NCBI GenBank assembly: GCA_044229075.1
Contig: JBGATS010000004.1
Location: 878 to 64,877, forward strand
DNA: 64,000 bases
Source: Minisyncoccia bacterium
Lineage (GTDB): Bacteria > Patescibacteriota > Minisyncoccia > Phycocordibacterales > UBA1006
Reading direction: 5' to 3'
Positions within the stretch are counted from its first letter, which is position 1; every line of letters begins with the position of its first letter. The position numbers and the translations under genes were made by a program. Of this stretch, positions 49,958 through 59,012 are shown piece by piece. The notes beneath the pieces are model-generated. The model searched no databases. It had not been told where the DNA came from and saw only the letters and a program-made list of their open reading frames with translations.

Positions 49958-51667
49958 TTACTTCTTCACACCATGTTTCACGTGTAACTTCTTCACTTCT
50001 TCTTGTTCTTCTTGTTCCTTTCGTTCCTTTCCTGCTTCTCCGAGCTTTTTAAGATCTACATCTGAAAGTTTTTCAAATTCACCAACACGATTCGAAAGAT
50101 ATTCAATCGTGTTTTTTTCTGGATCTTCCAGAACTTCCTCGAGAAGTGCGTGTAACATCCATCCCATTCGTGGGCCTGGTTTCACGTGTAACTTGTTCAT
50201 CAGGTAATTTCCATCTACTTTCAATTGTGAAACACTGATTGGGTCACGCAGGCATTCCTCGATCATCGCAAAATATTTACGTAATCGATACGGTGCTTCG
50301 GTTTTATTCATTCCGACACGATCACATTCGCGGATCTGCATGAGCTGCCAGATTGGATGCTGAGTTGTTTCTCCTTCTCCTAAATTAGGAGAAGGTTGGG
50401 ATGAGGTCGTAACATTCGCAATCATCCTTCTTACAGCAGACAATGTAATTGATTCAGTATCACTGAAAAACATGTGCCATCTGACAAATTTCACAACCAG
50501 TTCCGTCTCGGCTTTTGGAAATTTCAATCGTTCCATTATTTTCTGCGCAATGCGTGCACCAACTACCTCGTGTCCATAAAATGTATAAGCTTTTTTACTA
50601 CCAGGTCGACGAGTTTTTGGTTTTCCAATATCGTGAAACAATGCTGCGAGTCGTATATGAAATGAGTATTTTTTATCAGCCGCATGTTGCAAAGCATGAA
50701 CTAGGTGATCAAACACATCATAAATATGTACACCGCCCTGAATACAACCAATACTTGGAATGATTTCAGGTAAAATAACGTCCAACAAACCTAATTGTTT
50801 CATGTGAAACAATGCAATGGCCGGGCTGTCCGAATTTATAATCTTGATAAACTCATCACGGATCCGTTCTGCAGAAATATTTTTAAGTAATTCTCGAGTT
50901 TCAATAATCGCATTCATTGTTTCATATGAAACAGTAAAACCAAGCTGCGCTGAAAATCTGATTGCCCGCATAATACGAAGCGCGTCTTCCCTGAATCGTT
51001 CAGTTGGGTCACCAACGGCAATAATCATTTGTTTTTCAATCGCCTGTTTCCCGTGAAACGGATCTATCAGCTGGAATGTTTCAAGGTCAATTGCGATTGC
51101 ATTCATCGTAAAATCACGTCGTGACAAATCGTCATAAATAGTGTCGCTAAAGGACACACTGTCAGGATGTCGGTTATCCGAATACGCCCCTTCTAATCGA
51201 TATGGAGTTATTTGAATGTCTCTGACAGAACTATCAATCAATTCATCTTCAAACACAATTGAAACAGTTCCAAACACGTTTTCATACACAACCTTAAAAT
51301 CGTTATCTTCAAACAGTTTCACAATTTGTTCAGGTTTTGCATTGGTGGTAATATCCCAGTCTTTTGGTTTATGTATACCTAGTGAAGCCTTGGTGAAATC
51401 TGGTGAAACATTATTTTTAATTCGTTTTTCTGGTAAATCTAAATCATCTCCTGATACTTCTGATGGTTTGAGTATTTGTTCGAACACTTGTTCTGGTTTC
51501 ACACTATCACCAGTTTCGAGTCGCGAAGAAATTGAAGAATTATTAGAAAAAACTATTTGGGAAATTAAGAGATCCCGCACACACCCACCAACAAGAAACG
51601 CTTCAAATCCAGCGGTTTTTAATGTTTCTGTTACACGTGAAACGTTTTTGGGAACAATAAAATTCAT
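49958..51667 (-). CDS. cca: CCA tRNA nucleotidyltransferase (HD domain) with insertions
   Basis: LVGGCVRDLL, DWDITT, RRDFTMNA, EDALRIMRAIRF, FHDIGK. Confidence 0.95.
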   Translation of the reverse strand: MNFIVPKNVSRVTETLKTAGFEAFLVGGCVRDLLISQIVFSNNSSISSRLETGDSVKPEQVFEQILKPSEVSGDDLDLPEKRIKNNVSPDFTKASLGIHKPKDWDITTNAKPEQIVKLFEDNDFKVVYENVFGTVSIVFEDELIDSSVRDIQITPYRLEGAYSDNRHPDSVSFSDTIYDDLSRRDFTMNAIAIDLETFQLIDPFHGKQAIEKQMIIAVGDPTERFREDALRIMRAIRFSAQLGFTVSYETMNAIIETRELLKNISAERIRDEFIKIINSDSPAIALFHMKQLGLLDVILPEIIPSIGCIQGGVHIYDVFDHLVHALQHAADKKYSFHIRLAALFHDIGKPKTRRPGSKKAYTFYGHEVVGARIAQKIMERLKFPKAETELVVKFVRWHMFFSDTESITLSAVRRMIANVTTSSQPSPNLGEGETTQHPIWQLMQIRECDRVGMNKTEAPYRLRKYFAMIEECLRDPISVSQLKVDGNYLMNKLHVKPGPRMGWMLHALLEEVLEDPEKNTIEYLSNRVGEFEKLSDVDLKKLGEAGKERKEQEEQEEVKKLHVKHGVKK

Positions 51668-51803
51668 AAATTACAATAACTTTAACTTTATCCAAAATAA
51701 TTTGTAACTTTTTGTTTCATGTGAAACAACTATTCATACTAATCAACCAAATAGTTAATACTTGACATATTAATATAAATATGCTAAAATTAGAATAAAA
51801 AAT

Positions 51804-51959
51804 ATGGAGAAAATAATAAATTGGCTGTGGAGAGCAGCCAGATGGGGTGGATGGTTTTCACTTCATCAATTATTAAAACTGATGTCCGCTCTTCTATTAT
51901 GGGCATCAGAACTTGCCACAACAGCATCAAAAGCTTGTGGCAGGAAAATCGGTATCTAA
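51804..51959 (+). CDS. Small 51-aa Trp-rich amphipathic protein
   Basis: MEKIINWLWRAARWGGWFSLHQLLKLMSALLLWASELATTASKACGRKIGI; upstream TTGACA...TGCTAAAAT. Confidence 0.5.
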   Translation: MEKIINWLWRAARWGGWFSLHQLLKLMSALLLWASELATTASKACGRKIGI

Positions 51960-51974
51960 ATGGTTACCGATTTT

Positions 51975-52274
51975 TTATTTTTCTTTCTTTTCGTTTGATT
52001 CATCTGGAATATCTTTTTTTATGTCTTTTTCTTCTGTCTCTATTTCTTTTTCAATACTTTCTTTGTCTTTTAATTTTTCAGAGTCAAGTGATGTAGTTTT
52101 TGGTATAACAATCCAACAAATAATGTAAAACAAAATTCCTGCAAAAAGGGTTAGGATCGTAAAAAGAACGTATCCCAAGCGAATAACTGTAGTATCAATA
52201 TCAAAATATTCTGCAAAACCAGCAAGAACACCTGCAACGACTTTATCAGAATTTGAACGATATAGTTTTTTCAT
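51975..52274 (-). CDS. pspC: PspC-domain protein
   Basis: MKKLYRSNSDKVVAGVLAGFAEYFDID...YIICWIVIP. Confidence 0.9.
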   Translation of the reverse strand: MKKLYRSNSDKVVAGVLAGFAEYFDIDTTVIRLGYVLFTILTLFAGILFYIICWIVIPKTTSLDSEKLKDKESIEKEIETEEKDIKKDIPDESNEKKEK

Positions 52275-52474
52275 ATGAATGATCATTATTAATTTTGAAT
52301 AAATATAATATATAGACAAAAAACTTCTCGAGGTTTGAATATTATACTCATACGAATACGAATTATTTCTACCGAAATCTAGTAAACTTCTACAAAAACA
52401 AAAGAAAGTTTTTGTTGTGGTAATAAAAATTTTCTCGAAGAATAAATTAATACTTTTTGTTCCACATATTTTTG

Positions 52475-52546
52475 TGCACCTGCCAGGACTCGAACCCAGA
52501 ATAACAGTTCCGAAGACTGCTGTGATATCCATTTCACCACAGGTGC
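52475..52546 (-). tRNA. tRNA-Arg(TCG)
   Basis: GCACCTG acceptor stem; GCAGT-CTTCGGA-ACTGT arm; GGTTCGAGTCC. Confidence 0.95.
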
Positions 52547-52653
52547 AACAAAAGAAATAATAGCATAGATTTATAAAAAAATCAATTTATATAAGACATC
52601 GAGGTATTACACGTAGACAGAATTATTCAAGGACGTAAAAATTAATTACCCTA

Positions 52654-53175
52654 TTATCGGACAGAAAGATGTTCAATTCTCTCGAAAAGGTATTGATTAG
52701 TCTCTTTATCGAGATATACACCAATCCCGTCAATTTGCCAGCGTGTTTCACGGGAAACATTCCTGCTAGAAAGATATATTTCGGCTGTTTTTATGATTCG
52801 ATTCACCTTGAAATAGGATATATTTTGAAAAGGATTTTTTATTTTCCGATATTCTCTATCAAATTGCTCCCGAACATTTTCTGGTTGAGGTTTTTCTAAA
52901 CTAGTTTCACGGGAAACATTCTTATCGCGAAAAGAATATATCTCTCCGTTCATTGTTAACAGTTTTTTTGTAACAAGAGTTTCATGTGAAACAGTAATTG
53001 TCTTTACCTCGAAAAAATAATAACAATTATTTAATAATGCAATGATATCAATTTCACCAAATCTTGTAGAAAAATTTCTTTCAATAATCGAAAAACCTTG
53101 TTTCACGAGAAACATTTCCGCCTGATCTTCACCATTTTTCCCAATTTTTTGTTTTATTGAAGTAAAATTTTTCAT
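52654..53175 (-). CDS. yraN: YraN family protein with internal insertion
   Basis: GKNGED.A..FL...GF.IIERNF...GEIDIIA...FFEVK. Confidence 0.88.
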   Translation of the reverse strand: MKNFTSIKQKIGKNGEDQAEMFLVKQGFSIIERNFSTRFGEIDIIALLNNCYYFFEVKTITVSHETLVTKKLLTMNGEIYSFRDKNVSRETSLEKPQPENVREQFDREYRKIKNPFQNISYFKVNRIIKTAEIYLSSRNVSRETRWQIDGIGVYLDKETNQYLFERIEHLSVR

Positions 53176-53452
53176 AAATATTTGTGTTTCATATGAAACA
53201 TATATTATAAAAACTGATTATTTGATCAAAAATTATGTTTTCAATTTATTTTCACATATATAGTGTTTCACGTGAAACATATATGATATACACAAGTATA
53301 TAAACTATTATAAAAAGACATTTTTTTCAGAAAAAACTATATGTAGCAAGGGTTTTTCTGATTATATTAGTATGACAGATAATTATTATCGACACAACAC
53401 TCCTCTCAAAAAGGACAATATTGACTGTCTTTTATAAACATATCCCACTGGT

Positions 53453-53593
53453 TTATCCACAGTTTTATTGAAAAATAAGCTTCAAAAAACACATCACGAT
53501 GAAAAAAATCATTTTTTGCAAATTATTTTAGACAACAGATTTTTTGTGTTTTCTTTTAAAAGGACACGTCCAAACCTATTGTATTGTGGATAA
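53453..53593. promoter_or_regulatory. Two perfect DnaA boxes in opposite orientation in a long AT-rich intergenic region
   Basis: TTATCCACA 53453-53461; TGTGGATAA 53585-53593. Confidence 0.55.
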
Positions 53594-53641
53594 CTCATTA
53601 ATTACAAAAAACTACTCAAATTGAGTAGTTTTTTGTAAAAA

Positions 53642-53905
53642 TTATTTGAGGCCGATCTTCTTGAGAAGAACTTCGTATGCATCAAAATTTTTCTTTTTAA
53701 TGTATCCGAGAAGCTTTCGTCGTTCTGCAACCATTGCAATGAGTCCCCGACGAGAGTGGATGTCTTTTTTGTGGAGTTGCAAATGAGCGGTTAATTGATT
53801 GATTTGCTCACTGAGTAATGCAACCTGAACTTCTGGAGAACCGGTATTTGTTTCCGCCCCACCAAAGTCTTTCACAATTTTTGTTTTTGCTTGTTTTGTT
53901 AACAT
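53642..53905 (-). CDS. rpsO: 30S ribosomal protein S15
   Basis: TGSPEVQVALL...HKKDIHSRRGL. Confidence 0.97.
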   Translation of the reverse strand: MLTKQAKTKIVKDFGGAETNTGSPEVQVALLSEQINQLTAHLQLHKKDIHSRRGLIAMVAERRKLLGYIKKKNFDAYEVLLKKIGLK

Positions 53906-54036
53906 GAGGGTGTTATAGCATATTTTGAAACAAAAAGCAAGAATTTTATTCTCTGTATTTGGAAAATACCCCCACCAACATCATCTCTATATATACCTTG
54001 CAAAAGACCGATAACCAGGATATACTCGATACCATT

Positions 54037-54107
54037 GCAGGCATGGTTTAGTGGTAAAATACCTCCTTGCCAAGGAGGAGTCGGGGGTTCGATTCCCCCT
54101 GCCTGCA
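54037..54107 (+). tRNA. tRNA-Gly(GCC)
   Basis: CCTCC-TTGCCAA-GGAGG arm; GGTTCGATTCC. Confidence 0.96.
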
Positions 54108-54302
54108 CAAACACAAATTTATATACATTTTAAAAACTTAATTTTTAGATTTCCAGGAAAAATCAATTGAAAATTTTATGGATTTTTAGCATATATTACC
54201 TATATACTATTTGTCGTTGTAAGAACTTTATTGTAGTTAAGGTGAGAATTTAAGACGAAATTATTGACAAAATTATAGAAGTATGCTAATATTAAAATAA
54301 AA

Positions 54303-55319
54303 ATGGGCGAAAGAAAAAATAAACACATCATATTGATGGTGTGTATAATTATGACTTTTTTGTTATTTTTAGTAAAAAATAACAAAAAAGATGTTGCAGA
54401 ACCAATTATTTCTGTAACAAAAAAATCTCCAGGAATTAAACGGGTGGAGATAGCGGGAAGTCGCTCATTTCTCAAGAAACGACCGTTGGGTAATTTTAAA
54501 TTCAAGGACAGTATTCCTGAACCTGAATTTAAAAACCTCGTCATGCTCGGTGAGATTGGGAAGTTTGGCTCAGATAATTTCGAAGGAAAAATTATCCGCA
54601 GTCTTCGCTTTCAAAATCTTACCAGGGAAGTTGAGAGGAGGTATAACCTTCCTGATAATATTCTCTTGGCAATGATCGTACAGGAATCTTCCGGTGCAGA
54701 CCTATTACCAAACGGGTTGGGTGATGGGGGGTTCGGTCTGTGTCACATGCAACCAATTGTAGCGCGGGAATTTGGGCTTTATACCTACAAAGCATGTAGT
54801 GCTATGGTTTGTAACGGAAAAGACAAAAGATCTTGCCTACGAAACGGTAAGCGGGTTGACCACGCATCGGAGCTGAGTGTGTTTATCTTAAAAAACAGGC
54901 TCGGCAGAAAAGGTGTTTACCATGTTGATGATAGGTTACACCCTATCTACAACATAGATGCCGCTGGGAGGATGATTGCCTACCACATAGCGGCAGAAAA
55001 ACAACTCCCAGGCATGGGACCCCTACGCACAGCCATTTGTCGGTATGCAGGGTCAACCAATTACTGTGCTTATTGGGATGCAGTGCGTATGGTAATGAAA
55101 AAATTAAATAACCCCGCTTATATTAAAAAGGTGGAGGCGTTATTTAACAATTCAAACAAAAATTTACAAATTAACGGGAAACCTGGTAATTTTCAAAAAT
55201 ATATCGAGGTTTCCCAGCAGCAACTGTATAATTATGGGCTATCAGAGTATGAAAAATTACCATACTGGTCTATAAAAAATACAGATATTGTACAAAAAAC
55301 CTACAAAAAATATATATAG
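54303..55319 (+). CDS. Lytic transglycosylase (SLT-like) protein with N-terminal TM
   Basis: LAMIVQESSG, GLCHMQP..A, PIYNIDAAGR. Confidence 0.75.
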   Translation: MGERKNKHIILMVCIIMTFLLFLVKNNKKDVAEPIISVTKKSPGIKRVEIAGSRSFLKKRPLGNFKFKDSIPEPEFKNLVMLGEIGKFGSDNFEGKIIRSLRFQNLTREVERRYNLPDNILLAMIVQESSGADLLPNGLGDGGFGLCHMQPIVAREFGLYTYKACSAMVCNGKDKRSCLRNGKRVDHASELSVFILKNRLGRKGVYHVDDRLHPIYNIDAAGRMIAYHIAAEKQLPGMGPLRTAICRYAGSTNYCAYWDAVRMVMKKLNNPAYIKKVEALFNNSNKNLQINGKPGNFQKYIEVSQQQLYNYGLSEYEKLPYWSIKNTDIVQKTYKKYI

Positions 55320-55496
55320 TAGGTATTGCTCCCTTTTTCAGAAGGGGGCTTTTTTATCTCATAAAATGAATCTCTCAGATGCAGAACACTTAGTGTATCA
55401 ACTTGAGCTTTGCATTAATTTATCCGTACAAAACAACGAAATATTTAAAGTATAAAAATACTGTTATTAAAATAAAAATCCTGCTATACTTTCACC

Positions 55497-56963
55497 ATGA
55501 AACAAGTCATCATTTTTCACGACGCCTTCTCAAATCCACTTTCTGCCTGGTATCAATCAGTACAGTCGATCATTCCTGATGGGTACACTTTTCTATCTCC
55601 GGAGCTTCCTGGCGGAACAGAACAAGGAATGACTTTTTGGATGCAAACATTTGAAAAAGTTCGCTCAGGATTCAACGACTCGACAATTGTTATCACGCAT
55701 GGAATAAGTACGTTTGCATGGCTCCGTTTTTTGGAAACCATGACTCAGCCAGTGCGCATGACTATTATTGTCGCCGGGTGTGACCAAGTTCCCGGACATC
55801 AAGTATTGGCACCTATTGCAAAAAGTTTTCTAACGAATCCGTTTAATTATTCACTCGTCACGAAAAATGCGGGGACTGTTATCCATATCACCAACACGTC
55901 TGATCCTTTTATATCGCCGACTCTTTCACGAGATTTACAATCTCATATATCAGGAGAAATGATTACCTTATCAGGGGTAGGACATTTCACGGAAACAACA
56001 GAAACGGAACTCATCCAAACACTACAATCTATTTTCCAAAAAACTACTGCTCATGATGCAGAGGTTGCACGTTTAAAACTGGAGCATCGCGCTCAGGCTG
56101 AAAAAGAAGAGCTTGCAAAATCACTTGTTCCCGGAGTTATTACCTATGACAGCACAAAGGCTCAGAGTTTGTCTGGGTATCAAGGGAAAGTTATCTCTGA
56201 ATTATTAGCAGAAGCACGTGAAGAAGATCTCTTGAAAAAAGAGCAGAGCCCAAAAAGTATAAAAAATGTTTTCTATATTTTGGGAACAATACTATTTTTA
56301 ATCGCTGGTGCATGGTTTATCATTTCCGCACTACAACGATACCAACCAAAAATTGCTCCAATAATCAACCGAGGCACACAATCGTATCAAAACACGATCA
56401 TGCAAGTTTCTGAATTTACCTCTTTTGATATTACCAACCTTGCAAGTTATGAAATTCTTAAAAATTTCAACGCACTTCAACAAAAAGAAATTCCTGAAAA
56501 ATCATTTTTTGCAATTGTTCCAAAAGTTAATGAAAAAATTCCACCGCTCGAAACTTTTTTTACGTCATTAGACATTCGGTCTCCTCTTGGATTTACCTCA
56601 AAGTCTCGTGACTACCTATATAGTTATTACAAACCAGAAGGAATTTCTGAGAAAATACCATTTCTCCTGATTCGTTTTGATGGTTATGAAATAATGCATA
56701 CACTCCTCTCTGGATGGGAACCACGAATGATTATCGAAACGAGAACCTTGTTTCAAAAAAAACAAGCTGAATTCGTAACCCAGCCCGAAGCATTTCCTTT
56801 TGAAGATGTGGTAATCAATAATATTGTACTCCGAAAAGGGTCACTCTCTACATCGGAATCACTATATTATGGATTTATTACGAATACTGTCCTGTTAATC
56901 ACTCCTAATCCAGCTGTTTTAGATCCTATTGTTCGATCGATGAATAATACTACTGCGCAATAA
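55497..56963 (+). CDS. RBBP9/YdeN-like alpha/beta-hydrolase domain fused to a TM helix and unknown domain
   Basis: WY..., THGIS, DPFI, GHF motifs; TM near residue 260-280. Confidence 0.65.
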   Translation: MKQVIIFHDAFSNPLSAWYQSVQSIIPDGYTFLSPELPGGTEQGMTFWMQTFEKVRSGFNDSTIVITHGISTFAWLRFLETMTQPVRMTIIVAGCDQVPGHQVLAPIAKSFLTNPFNYSLVTKNAGTVIHITNTSDPFISPTLSRDLQSHISGEMITLSGVGHFTETTETELIQTLQSIFQKTTAHDAEVARLKLEHRAQAEKEELAKSLVPGVITYDSTKAQSLSGYQGKVISELLAEAREEDLLKKEQSPKSIKNVFYILGTILFLIAGAWFIISALQRYQPKIAPIINRGTQSYQNTIMQVSEFTSFDITNLASYEILKNFNALQQKEIPEKSFFAIVPKVNEKIPPLETFFTSLDIRSPLGFTSKSRDYLYSYYKPEGISEKIPFLLIRFDGYEIMHTLLSGWEPRMIIETRTLFQKKQAEFVTQPEAFPFEDVVINNIVLRKGSLSTSESLYYGFITNTVLLITPNPAVLDPIVRSMNNTTAQ

Positions 56964-57006
56964 TTATTATTGTACAATTATAAAAATGTGCTACACTTAC
57001 TATCTC

Positions 57007-57375
57007 ATGAAATCTATGAACCAAAAAACACTCGCGGAGCTGAAAAACCTTCTCGAAGCAGAAAAAGCTTCGCTTTTTGAAGAACTTTCACATATTGGAA
57101 CCCAAAACCCGCAAACTGGTGATTGGCAGGCGATACCTGTTGAAACTGACGGGGAAGGCGAATCAGACTATAGCGACCAAGCTGACTACATCGAGGAGTT
57201 TGGATCTCGAGTAGCACGATTGGCAGAAATGGAAAAACAGTATAGTGAAGTACTCGCCGCACTCGACAGAATAGATCAGGGTGTATATGGTGTCTGTGAA
57301 AAATCAGGGCAACCAATTGAACTTGACCGACTCCTCGCTAATCCTACTGCACGAACCTGTAAAGCAATGATGTGA
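57007..57375 (+). CDS. TraR/DksA-family protein
   Basis: ALDRI..G.YGVCEKSGQPIELDRLLANPTARTC. Confidence 0.85.
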   Translation: MKSMNQKTLAELKNLLEAEKASLFEELSHIGTQNPQTGDWQAIPVETDGEGESDYSDQADYIEEFGSRVARLAEMEKQYSEVLAALDRIDQGVYGVCEKSGQPIELDRLLANPTARTCKAMM

Positions 57376-57439
57376 TATTAAACCAGTTATATGGTTTTTT
57401 ATTTTCAATTTTTTATTTTGTTGTTATAATCAACACACT

Positions 57440-58963
57440 ATGCTCTCTACATTTTCTCGTGTGTATTCTGCGCAACCGTTTCAGTTACAAGGACACCTCG
57501 TCACGGTTGAAGTTGATATTACTAATGGTAGTCATCATTTCAGTATTATTGGACTCCCTGACAAAGCGGTTGAAGAGTCACGTGACCGTGTATCCAGTGC
57601 TATAAAAAACTCTGGATTCATTTCGCCAAAACAAGAAAATTTCAAAACTGTTGTTTCACTTGCTCCCGCAGAACTAAAAAAAGAGGGTTCCTATTTTGAT
57701 CTTGCAATTGCGTTGGGGTACCTCCTTTCATCACATGCAATCGATTTTGATCCAGAGAAAAAACTCTTCCTAGGTGAATTATCGCTCAATGGTCAAGTAG
57801 GAAAAGTTTTCGGAGTATTGCCCTTGGTTCAGTTTGCAAAACAATCTGGTTTTACCGAGGTGTTTGTCCCAAGGGAAAACGCCCAAGAAGCTGCACTGGT
57901 TGGTGGAATTACTATCTATACAGTTGATACCTTAAAACAAGTTATCGACCACCTGACAGAATCAGAACATCTCCCACCAGAACCACAAACAGAAATTAAT
58001 TTCACTGATCGTGCGGAAATTGTGACTGATTTTTTCGATATCAAGGGTCAAGAAATTGCAAAACGAGGACTCGAAATTGCAGCTGCTGGTGGACACAACA
58101 TTGTCATGTATGGACCACCAGGAACAGGGAAAACAATGCTTGCCCGGGCGTTCACAGGAATACTTCCCATACTCTCTCTTGATGAAGCTTTGGAGGTTAC
58201 CGGTATTCATAGTATTTCCGGAAAACTCGATCGTCCACTGATTATCCATCCACCGTTCCGTAGTCCTCACCACACCTCCAGTTATGTGTCGCTCATTGGT
58301 GGTGGCGCTGTCCCAAAACCTGGCGAGGTAACGCTCGCACATCGTGGTGTATTATTTCTTGATGAGTTTCCAGAATTTGAAACACGTGTATTAGAATCCA
58401 TGCGCCAACCACTGGAGGATCGTGTGGTAAATATCTCACGAGCCAAGGGAAATGCAACGTTTCCATCACAATTTATACTGGTCGCAGCAATGAACCCGTG
58501 TCCATGTGGAAATGCAGGATCATTACATAAAAAATGTATTTGTACTCAAAATGATATCGCGCGCTATGGACGGAAAATTTCTGGGCCAATTATGGATCGT
58601 ATTGATTTATGGATTCCGGTAGAACATATTGATTATGAGAAACTTGGGAACATTCATGATGCAGAAAAAAGTGAGCTCATAAAAGAACGCGTAAAACAAG
58701 CGCGCGATCAGCAACACACAAGATTTGATACGTATAAGAAATTAAACGCACATATGCAATCGCGCGACGTAGAGCAGTTAGCTATTACCGAAGGTGCAAA
58801 ACAAACATTGAACAAGAGTGCCCAAATAATGAAACTGTCGCCGCGCGCATATCACCGTGTTATAAAACTCGCACGCACAATTGCAGATCTCGATAGGCGT
58901 GAAATAATTACAGAGGATCATATTTTAGAAGCGTTGCAGTATCGACCAAAACAACAGTATTAA
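57440..58963 (+). CDS. comM: YifB/ComM Mg-chelatase-like AAA+ ATPase
   Basis: GLPDKAVEESRDRV, GPPGTGKT, PFRSPHHT, LFLDEFPEF, AMNPCPCG. Confidence 0.95.
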   Translation: MLSTFSRVYSAQPFQLQGHLVTVEVDITNGSHHFSIIGLPDKAVEESRDRVSSAIKNSGFISPKQENFKTVVSLAPAELKKEGSYFDLAIALGYLLSSHAIDFDPEKKLFLGELSLNGQVGKVFGVLPLVQFAKQSGFTEVFVPRENAQEAALVGGITIYTVDTLKQVIDHLTESEHLPPEPQTEINFTDRAEIVTDFFDIKGQEIAKRGLEIAAAGGHNIVMYGPPGTGKTMLARAFTGILPILSLDEALEVTGIHSISGKLDRPLIIHPPFRSPHHTSSYVSLIGGGAVPKPGEVTLAHRGVLFLDEFPEFETRVLESMRQPLEDRVVNISRAKGNATFPSQFILVAAMNPCPCGNAGSLHKKCICTQNDIARYGRKISGPIMDRIDLWIPVEHIDYEKLGNIHDAEKSELIKERVKQARDQQHTRFDTYKKLNAHMQSRDVEQLAITEGAKQTLNKSAQIMKLSPRAYHRVIKLARTIADLDRREIITEDHILEALQYRPKQQY

Positions 58964-59012
58964 TTAGATGTATTACATTATACAAAAAACCACAAAATGA
59001 CTTTGTGGTTTT

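Larger units (their letters stand above)
49974..53279. promoter_or_regulatory. parS: Cluster of 13 parS sites (consensus TGTTTCACGTGAAACA)
   Basis: 16-mers start at 49974, 50178, 50796, 50918, 51045, 51629, 51713, 52744, 52903, 52978, 53099, 53185, 53264 (last is a perfect match). Confidence 0.9.

Noticed and set aside
52275-52532. Extended N-terminus of PspC and ORF 53899..54114
   Set aside because: Both overlap tRNA genes; spurious
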